DNA from: Candidatus Gottesmanbacteria bacterium
Lineage (GTDB): Bacteria > Patescibacteriota > Microgenomatia > UBA10105 > UBA927
Direction of reading: 5' to 3'
Length of the DNA stretch: 64,000 bases
Assembly: GCA_963809665.1 (NCBI GenBank)
Contig: CAWEKC010000001.1
Coordinates: 94,209 to 158,208 of the forward strand
Shown here piece by piece: positions 57,715 to 64,000 of the stretch. Positions within the stretch are counted from its first letter, which is position 1. Each line of letters starts with the position of its first letter. The translations under genes and the position numbers were made by a program. A model generated the notes under the pieces. It saw nothing but the letters and a program-made list of their open reading frames with translations, ran no database searches and had not been told where the DNA came from.

Positions 57715-58749
57715 ATGCCGGTCGATGCAAAACTACAGGCGGTAAAACTCGCGATGGAACAGATTGAGAAACAATATGGCAAAGGTTCCATCATGAAACT
57801 CGGGGAAAAATCAGCCCACGTGGCAATTGACGTTATCCCTACCGGAATATTGCCGCTTGATTTAGCATTAGGGGTCGGCGGATTACCGAGAGGAAGAATC
57901 GTTGAAATCTACGGACCCGAAGCGTCAGGAAAAACAACGGTCTGTTTATCGACCATCGCAGAAGCGCAAAAAGCCGGAGGAACCGCGGCATTTATTGATG
58001 CTGAACATGCCCTCGATCCGCAATGGGCGGAAATACTGGGAATAAAACTCGATGACCTTCTTATTTCCCAACCTGATACAGGCGAACAGGCGCTGGAAAT
58101 TGCCGAAACGTTAATACGAAGCGGCGGTGTTGATATCATCGTTATCGACTCCGTTGCCGCGTTGGTTCCGCGGGCGGAAATCGAAGGAGAAATGGGTGAC
58201 AGCATGATGGGTGTCCATGCCCGGCTCATGTCACAGGCCCTGCGGAAACTTACAGCCGTTATTTCCCGATCAAAGGCGGTCGTCATATTTACCAACCAGC
58301 TGCGCCAGAAAATAGGTGTCATGTTCGGAAACCCCGAAACGACAACCGGCGGTATGGCATTGAAATTTTATTCAAGTGTTCGCATGGATTCACGGAAAAT
58401 TGAAAGTCTGAAAGACGGTGATAAAGTGATCGGCAGCCGGCACCGAGTGCGCGTGGTAAAAAATAAGGTCTCTCCCCCGTTCCGGTTTGCGGAGTTTGAT
58501 GTCATGCATGACGGCGTATCGCAGGAAGGCGGACTTATCGACGTAGGACTAGAATTTAATATTCTTACCAAGTCCGGAGCATTCTTAAAATACGGAACTC
58601 AAATGTTAGGGCAAGGTCGCGAAGCGGCCAAACTGTTCCTCAAAGAAAATTCCAAGGTGATGAAGGAAATAACCGACGCAATCTGGAAAGTGGTGAAAGA
58701 AGGGCGCGCCGCCTCCAAAGTCGCCATGGGAGTGGAAGAGGAAGAATAA
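57715..58749 (+). CDS. recA: Recombinase RecA
   Basis: [28 protein letters not shown]; RBS AAAGGA before ATG 57715. Confidence 0.98.
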   Translation: MPVDAKLQAVKLAMEQIEKQYGKGSIMKLGEKSAHVAIDVIPTGILPLDLALGVGGLPRGRIVEIYGPEASGKTTVCLSTIAEAQKAGGTAAFIDAEHALDPQWAEILGIKLDDLLISQPDTGEQALEIAETLIRSGGVDIIVIDSVAALVPRAEIEGEMGDSMMGVHARLMSQALRKLTAVISRSKAVVIFTNQLRQKIGVMFGNPETTTGGMALKFYSSVRMDSRKIESLKDGDKVIGSRHRVRVVKNKVSPPFRFAEFDVMHDGVSQEGGLIDVGLEFNILTKSGAFLKYGTQMLGQGREAAKLFLKENSKVMKEITDAIWKVVKEGRAASKVAMGVEEEE

Positions 58750-58754
58750 CTGAT

Positions 58755-58952
58755 TTAAAAAGTAAATTCAAGATTCAAAACTTTTTCTGTAACTAGCTGG
58801 GATTTCTCCAATCTTGACACCTTATCTTGAACTTCTTGGGCTCTTTTCAAAATCCGCGCTTCTATCGCTTCACGGCTATTTGGATCAACTGGTAATTTTG
58901 GAACAGATAGAGACGTATCTTGTCCCGTTGTTGGTGCAAGTTCTTTACGCAT
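58755..58952 (-). CDS. Small hypothetical protein (65 aa)
   Basis: MRKELAPTTG...; TATAAT 6 nt before the ATG; coiled-coil-like. Confidence 0.55.
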   Translation of the reverse strand: MRKELAPTTGQDTSLSVPKLPVDPNSREAIEARILKRAQEVQDKVSRLEKSQLVTEKVLNLEFTF

Positions 58953-58973
58953 ATAACTATTATAGTACAAAGA

Positions 58974-59495
58974 TTACCGTTTCGGTGACTGTTTGCGCGC
59001 ACGGGCTTTTCCGGCGAAGCCTGCCTTGCGGCGCTGCTTGGCCCGCGGGTCACGCATCAGGAATCCGTGTTTCTTCAGAATCGGACGGAATTTTTCCAGA
59101 TCTACTTTGATGAGTGCGCGGGATAATGCGTGTATTGTCGCTGCCAGCTGCCCTGTTAGTCCCCCACCCGTGGTCGTCACGGATACGGCGAACCTGCTCA
59201 TCGTGTTGGTTGTGCGGAACGGTTCCTGATACCGTTTCTTAAATATTTCGCCGGGGAAAAACTTCTCGACGGGTAACCCATTAACAATCATACCGCCTTT
59301 TTCCACCGGTTTTCCGCTTATCGTCACGGATTCATCTTTGACCACATACAGACGGGCACGGGCTGAGGCGGTTTTCCTGCGGCCTACCGCTTCGTAGTAT
59401 GAAACCTTATCCTTGTCCGCCGGAGCTTTAGCGGAGGTGGATTCCTTGACGGCTTCTTTCTTTATTTCTGTATCTTTTATCGGTTTATCTGCCAT
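58974..59495 (-). CDS. rpsI: 30S ribosomal protein S9 with N-terminal extension
   Basis: GRRKTASAR, GGGLTGQ, RDPR..RRKAG...ARARKQSPKR. Confidence 0.97.
   Translation of the reverse strand: MADKPIKDTEIKKEAVKESTSAKAPADKDKVSYYEAVGRRKTASARARLYVVKDESVTISGKPVEKGGMIVNGLPVEKFFPGEIFKKRYQEPFRTTNTMSRFAVSVTTTGGGLTGQLAATIHALSRALIKVDLEKFRPILKKHGFLMRDPRAKQRRKAGFAGKARARKQSPKR
59412..59441 (-). repeat. REP-like palindromic element in-frame within rpsI
   Basis: Minus strand TCCACCTCCGCTAAAGCTCCGGCGGACAAG, encoding STSAKAPADK; TCCGCT/GGCGGA stem. Confidence 0.6.
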
Positions 59496-59497
59496 AG

Positions 59498-59914
59498 TTA
59501 TTTAGTAAATTTATCTTTATACGGGTAATCCGCTTCCGGAAAAATATACAGACGCGTCACGAGTCTGTCGCGGAGTTTATTCTTGGGCAACATCCCCCAC
59601 ACGGCATGACGGATAGGTTCCGTCGGCTTTTCCTGTTTCACCTGCCAGAGCGCTTTTTGCTTGAGCCCTCCCGGATGACCGGAATAATTGCCGTACAGTT
59701 TCTGCTTATCTTTCCGTCCTGTGACAATGAAGTGCGCGGCATTAATAACAACGACATTATCACCGCAATCCAATGAACGCACGAAGTTCCTTTTGCCTTT
59801 GCCCATAAGTTTTTGCGCAATCTCCGTAGCGACGCGGCCCAACACCTTACCTTTCACGTCAACGAGTTGCCAATTATGCTCAAGTTCTGATACTTTGGTT
59901 GCCGGTGTATTCAT
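59498..59914 (-). CDS. rplM: 50S ribosomal protein L13
   Basis: LGRVAT, DCGDNVVVINA, GMLPKN. Confidence 0.97.
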   Translation of the reverse strand: MNTPATKVSELEHNWQLVDVKGKVLGRVATEIAQKLMGKGKRNFVRSLDCGDNVVVINAAHFIVTGRKDKQKLYGNYSGHPGGLKQKALWQVKQEKPTEPIRHAVWGMLPKNKLRDRLVTRLYIFPEADYPYKDKFTK

Positions 59915-59915
59915 A

Positions 59916-60353
59916 TTATTTTTTTGTTATTTTTCGTACCGTCTTTTTAACAGGTTTCTTCACATCTGCTTTTGGTTTAACAATTTCCACTTTTACGCGC
60001 TCATCAACAAGTTGAAATAACACTTCTTCCGTTGAGTCCCCCAGACGTTTTCCTAAATGGATGATCCTCGTAAAACCGCTGGCGCGGTTGCCGAACCGGG
60101 TTTTCGCATCCGCAAGTAACGCATGCTCAATATCTTTGCTGGCAAGTACTTTCTCAATTTGGTTCCGGCTTGCCTGCGACCCGTTTTTTGCCTTAGTAAT
60201 TAGCTTCTCGATCATCGGCTGGGAGGCTTTTGCTTTAGGCAGGGTCGTTTTAATTGATCCGTGAACGAGCAAATCCCGCACAATCCCCTGGAACAGGCGT
60301 CTGCGTTCGTTTTTCGTCCTCGAAAATTTTCGTCCGAATACAGAATGTCGCAT
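59916..60353 (-). CDS. rplQ: 50S ribosomal protein L17
   Basis: MRH...IKTTLPKAK...GFTRI...RLGD. Confidence 0.96.
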   Translation of the reverse strand: MRHSVFGRKFSRTKNERRRLFQGIVRDLLVHGSIKTTLPKAKASQPMIEKLITKAKNGSQASRNQIEKVLASKDIEHALLADAKTRFGNRASGFTRIIHLGKRLGDSTEEVLFQLVDERVKVEIVKPKADVKKPVKKTVRKITKK

Positions 60354-60357
60354 AGGT

Positions 60358-61278
60358 TTATACGGTTAATGCCACTCCCTTTTCCCGGAGTTTTTCTTCG
60401 ACAACCGCCAAAGATTTCGTTCCGAGATTTTTAATTTTCATAAGTTCAGTTTTTTGCGTTCCCAATAATTGTCCTATCGTTTCTATGCCGCCGTTGGCAA
60501 GCGCATTCACGATACGGGTCGGGATATCCAATTCCTCAATACGCATCTTGAGAACTTCATCTGAAACTGCCGGCGTTACGGCAACTGTTTCAGCCGCTCC
60601 CTGGACTTTCGGCTCATAGACCTGCACGAAATATGAATTTAATATTTTTGCCGCGGATTTAAGGGCGTCAAGCGCGCTCAGGGTTGCATCCGTCCAGATT
60701 TCCATGACAAGCCGGTCAAGGTTGGTCATACGGCCCACACGGGTGGCTTCCACCCGGTAATTCACACGGACAACCGGAGAAAACAGCGCATCCACTGACA
60801 TCACGCCGACTTCATCATAATGTTTTTCATCCGCTGATACATATCCCATACCGCGCTCAGCCGTAAGTGTTGCATCAAGCGTTGACTTTTTATCTGCCAA
60901 GTGAGCCAGCACCAGATCTTTGTTTACAATAGTGACATTTCCAGGGACTTCAATATCCGAAGCTGTCACTTCGCCAGGTCCGGTTTTGGAAATAGTCATA
61001 TTCACGGGTTCATTCCCGTCGATAGTAAGACGGACTTTCTTAAGATTCATCAGGAATTCCACAACATCTTCCTTCATGCCCGGAAGCGTGGAGAATTGAT
61101 GTTTAACGCCTTCAATTTTTGCCGTTACGATCGCACTTCCCGGAAGCGAAGCCAGAAGAACGCGCCGGAGACTGTTTCCCAACGTCTGACCATACCCCTG
61201 ATCCAGAGGCTCCAGAATGAATTTCCCGTATCCGGGTTTATCAATTGCCGTTTCTGTTTGAAAATTTGAATCTACCAT
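60358..61278 (-). CDS. rpoA: RNA polymerase alpha subunit
   Basis: EPLDQGYGQTLGNSLRRVLL, FSPV, NLGTKS. Confidence 0.98.
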   Translation of the reverse strand: MVDSNFQTETAIDKPGYGKFILEPLDQGYGQTLGNSLRRVLLASLPGSAIVTAKIEGVKHQFSTLPGMKEDVVEFLMNLKKVRLTIDGNEPVNMTISKTGPGEVTASDIEVPGNVTIVNKDLVLAHLADKKSTLDATLTAERGMGYVSADEKHYDEVGVMSVDALFSPVVRVNYRVEATRVGRMTNLDRLVMEIWTDATLSALDALKSAAKILNSYFVQVYEPKVQGAAETVAVTPAVSDEVLKMRIEELDIPTRIVNALANGGIETIGQLLGTQKTELMKIKNLGTKSLAVVEEKLREKGVALTV

Positions 61279-61291
61279 ATTTTCTCCTTTC

Positions 61292-61912
61292 CTAACGTGA
61301 ATAATGTTCTACAATTAATTGCTCGCTGATGTCTTCCTTGACGTCACCTCTCACCGGCAGCCGGACGATTTTAATGACCGGCCCTTTCCGTTCTACCCAT
61401 TCCGGCATTTTTATAGTTTTATCTTCCAATAATTTCTTAACAGCCGGAATCTCTAAAGATTTCGATTTCATCGTGATAACCTGATCCTTCTCAATAAGAT
61501 AGGACGGGATTGTCACTTTAGCACCATCCACCGTTACATGCCCGTGATTCACGAACTGCCGTGCGGAGGCTCTGGTTGGGGCTAAACTTGCCCGATACAG
61601 AACATTATCGAGACGCCGCTCCATAAATTCCAGAAGTTTTTCACCGGTATTCCCTTTCCATTTCTTTGCCCGTTCAAATGTTTTTCTGAACTGCCGCTCG
61701 AGTAGGCCATACATCCGTTTCACTTTTTGTTTCTCACGCAGTTGCTCTCCGTATCCGGACACTTTCCGTTTGCCCTTTGCCCCGTGCTGTCCGGGGGGTA
61801 TGTTTGCCCGGCGTAGGTACGACGCATGGGATTTACTACCCACGGTTTTAAGTCCGAGGTCAATACCCTCACGTCGGGATAATCTGGTTTTCGGTCCTGT
61901 ATATCGTGCCAT
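61292..61912 (-). CDS. rpsD: 30S ribosomal protein S4
   Basis: MARYTGP, PPGQHG, ERRLDNV, VEHYSR. Confidence 0.98.
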   Translation of the reverse strand: MARYTGPKTRLSRREGIDLGLKTVGSKSHASYLRRANIPPGQHGAKGKRKVSGYGEQLREKQKVKRMYGLLERQFRKTFERAKKWKGNTGEKLLEFMERRLDNVLYRASLAPTRASARQFVNHGHVTVDGAKVTIPSYLIEKDQVITMKSKSLEIPAVKKLLEDKTIKMPEWVERKGPVIKIVRLPVRGDVKEDISEQLIVEHYSR

Positions 61913-61923
61913 AATTTATTGTT

Positions 61924-62295
61924 TTATACTCTCCGTTTTTTCTTTGCCCGTACGCCGTTGTGCGGCATCGGAGTCACATCAGCAATGAGCGAAATAATTA
62001 AACCTACTGCTTTCAAACCACGAAGCGCTGCGTCACGACCGGCTCCCGGTCCTTTAATATACACTTCAACCTCACGAAGCCCCTGATCCTGTGCTTTGCG
62101 GGCAACGGCCTCTACTGCAGTCGTTGCGGCATACGGCGTTGATTTGCGTGCGCCCTTAAACCCTGCCATTCCCGAGGATCCCCAGCAAATCGTATTGCCC
62201 TGTTCGTCAGTAATGGTAACCAGCGTGTTGTTAAAGGTCGCAGTAATGAACACCTTTCCCTTTTCTACAACCCGATGTACTTTTTTGACTGCCAT
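61924..62295 (-). CDS. rpsK: 30S ribosomal protein S11
   Basis: [22 protein letters not shown]. Confidence 0.98.
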   Translation of the reverse strand: MAVKKVHRVVEKGKVFITATFNNTLVTITDEQGNTICWGSSGMAGFKGARKSTPYAATTAVEAVARKAQDQGLREVEVYIKGPGAGRDAALRGLKAVGLIISLIADVTPMPHNGVRAKKKRRV

Positions 62296-62296
62296 A

Positions 62297-62719
62297 TTAT
62301 TTCTTCTCCTCCGCTGCTGGTGGCGCGGTTGTATCCGTCTTTATACGGTCGTCTTTCTTCATTGCCCCGATTGTCATGCGTTTGCCGCGTTTGGTACGGG
62401 CATTACTGCGTGTACGCTGTCCGCGGGAGGGCAGTTTCTTAACGTGTCTGGAACCGCGATAGGAGCGGATTTCGATAAGCCGTTTAATGTTATCGGAAAC
62501 TTCCTTACGCAGGTCCCCTTCAACGCTATAGCCTTTTTCCAATATTTTTGCGATTTTATTGACTTCTTCGTCGGTCAGAGTTTTCACCCGCCGAGACCCG
62601 TCCATTTGGGCTTCCTTTAAAACGTTAACCACGTTGCTTCTTCCTATCCCGTAGAGATAGGTCAATGCAATATCCAGTCGTTTTTCGTTTGGTAAGTCTA
62701 CTCCTGCGATACGGGCCAT
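62297..62719 (-). CDS. rpsM: 30S ribosomal protein S13
   Basis: [21 protein letters not shown]. Confidence 0.98.
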   Translation of the reverse strand: MARIAGVDLPNEKRLDIALTYLYGIGRSNVVNVLKEAQMDGSRRVKTLTDEEVNKIAKILEKGYSVEGDLRKEVSDNIKRLIEIRSYRGSRHVKKLPSRGQRTRSNARTKRGKRMTIGAMKKDDRIKTDTTAPPAAEEKK

Positions 62720-62739
62720 AAATTAATTAATAATAAAAC

Positions 62740-62853
62740 CTAACCCTGTCTTTGTTTATGCTTCGGATTTTCGCAAATGATGTACACCTTTCCGTTCCGG
62801 CGTACTACTTTGCATTTATCACAAATTGTTTTTACGCTTGCTCGTACTTTCAT
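62740..62853 (-). CDS. rpmJ: 50S ribosomal protein L36 (not in the ORF track)
   Basis: [37 protein letters not shown]. Confidence 0.97.
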   Translation of the reverse strand: MKVRASVKTICDKCKVVRRNGKVYIICENPKHKQRQG

Positions 62854-62892
62854 ATAAATAAAAATAAAATTATTTTATAAAAATATGTTTTT

Positions 62893-63111
62893 TTATTTAA
62901 CCCGATATGTGATTCTTCCTTTTGTAGAATCATACGGTGTGACCTCGACTTTGACTTTATCTCCGGGCATGATCCTGATAAAATTCAACCGCATCTTTCC
63001 CGATAAATGACATAAAATGATATGCCCATTACTTAACTTTACCCGAAACAATGTATTGGGCAGACATTCGGCAACGACTCCTTCTACTTCAATATTTCCC
63101 TGATGGGCCAT
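62893..63111 (-). CDS. infA: Translation initiation factor IF-1
   Basis: [10 protein letters not shown]...[17 protein letters not shown]. Confidence 0.98.
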   Translation of the reverse strand: MAHQGNIEVEGVVAECLPNTLFRVKLSNGHIILCHLSGKMRLNFIRIMPGDKVKVEVTPYDSTKGRITYRVK

Positions 63112-63177
63112 AATAACAAAAACAACAAAAATATCCCTCTTTGAATCGAGGTTTCTGTCAATGCAAGCAATTGTACC

Positions 63178-63936
63178 TCAATTTCCCGATTTGGTCAACA
63201 CGACGGGGCCGCCCGTCGTTATGGCCAGGGTATGCTCAAAAACCGAGGTTAGTGAGTGATCCCGGGTCGCCAGGGTCCAGCCATCTTCATTCTGATATAC
63301 GATCTCGCCGCGGCCTTCCGCATAAATCGGCTCAATGGCAATTGTCATACCCTCTTTGAGCGGCAGAGTATTCTCAATTGACCCGCGCAAAAAATTAGGA
63401 ATCTGCGGCTCCTCATGAAGCTCGCGTCCGATACCATGCCCGACAAGAGATTTGACGATACTATAGCCGGCGCCCTCTATCGTTTCCTGCACGACTTTAG
63501 AAATATTTCCGATCCTGTTGCCTATTTTTGACTCCTTAATGGCTCTTTCCAGTGCCAACTTCCCGGTGTGCAGAAATTCTTCATTCTTTTTTGACTGCCC
63601 GATGATTTTAGTTCCCGCCGTATCCGTATGAAAACCTTTATAAATAAGACCTATATCTATCGTCAGGATGTCGCCGTCTTTCAAAACGTATTGTGTCGGA
63701 ATTCCATGAACAACAACCTCGTTGACATTGAGACACGTTGCCCATGTATATCCGGGAACGGATTTAAAAGATGCAGTCGCACCTTCTTTTCCAATCAGCT
63801 CATTTGCACGTTTTTCTATGTCCGTAAGGATAACGCCGGGCGCAGAATGTGCCAATAAATCATCAAGAATAGTACCGAGTTTTCTTCCTCCCTCACGCAT
63901 GAGTGCAATTTCTTCGGGGGTTTTGAGGTGGATCAT
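63178..63936 (-). CDS. map: Methionine aminopeptidase type I
   Basis: VVHGIP, DIG...DTA, GHGIG..LHEEP, IEP, FEHT. Confidence 0.97.
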   Translation of the reverse strand: MIHLKTPEEIALMREGGRKLGTILDDLLAHSAPGVILTDIEKRANELIGKEGATASFKSVPGYTWATCLNVNEVVVHGIPTQYVLKDGDILTIDIGLIYKGFHTDTAGTKIIGQSKKNEEFLHTGKLALERAIKESKIGNRIGNISKVVQETIEGAGYSIVKSLVGHGIGRELHEEPQIPNFLRGSIENTLPLKEGMTIAIEPIYAEGRGEIVYQNEDGWTLATRDHSLTSVFEHTLAITTGGPVVLTKSGN

Positions 63937-64000
63937 ACGAGTTTATTGTATATCGACTCTAACTGACTCTGAAACGCGGCTTCATCACTGTCATTCACCA
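63933..64000 (-). CDS. C-terminal fragment of an unidentified gene entering from the window end
   Basis: Open frame ...VNDSDEAAFQSQLESIYNKLV* with ATGA overlap on the map start. Confidence 0.5.
   Translation of the reverse strand, partial: VNDSDEAAFQSQLESIYNKLV

Noticed and set aside
290-63858. Numerous antisense and overlapping ORFs in the six-frame track (e.g. 15560..16435, 41726..42346, 49112..49759)
   Set aside because: They shadow well-supported genes on the other strand or frame and show no recognisable motifs
63937-63950. TACAAT-N8-ATG as a leaderless promoter for map
   Set aside because: It lies in the coding tail of an upstream gene that overlaps map by ATGA, so translational coupling explains it equally well
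1-64000. Alternative genetic code (TGA read as Gly, as in Gracilibacteria/Absconditabacteria)
   Set aside because: Conserved genes are full length under code 11 and several end at TGA (e.g. obgE, apbE, secD)

Overview
Gene-dense chromosomal segment, standard genetic code 11. Gene content and style (Pro/Thr-rich membrane-anchored proteins, shortened housekeeping proteins, reduced RNase P RNA) suggest a Patescibacteria/CPR genome, probably Microgenomates; this is inference. Contents in order: lon with a CIRCE-like operator on its promoter; a minus-strand run of PIG-L deacetylase, sufC-sufB-sufD-Rieske-sufS-sufU, ferredoxin and 2-oxoacid:ferredoxin oxidoreductase alpha/beta; three ABC systems; an FMN-binding protein / ApbE / RnfD-NqrB-like-FNR fusion cluster next to an OmpR-family two-component system; tRNA-Gln(CTG) followed by an AT-rich ORFan patch; housekeeping genes (obgE, greA, mutY, era, gltX, a D-Ala-D-Ala carboxypeptidase, aspS, recJ, cca, secDF, rnpB, miaAB, hup, rny, recX, tRNA-Pro(GGG), recA); and the map-infA-rpmJ-rpsMKD-rpoA-rplQ-rplM-rpsI block. 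The strongest unexplained signal is one promoter architecture, TCAG-N7-TCAG-N10-TAnnnT, found four times within 8 kb. It links a MacAB-like exporter, a DUF5666-like protein, the flavinylation/electron-transfer operon and the two-component system into a predicted envelope-redox regulon. Also notable: a ~130-150 nt rod-like structured RNA candidate (6S-like or leader) upstream of rny, many apparently leaderless promoters, palindromic repeats (one in-frame inside rpsI), and a hairpin-rich intergenic segment flanked by a 9-bp direct repeat. No CRISPR array, transposase, integrase or prophage gene was recognised. All calls come from manual reading; no database searches were run.
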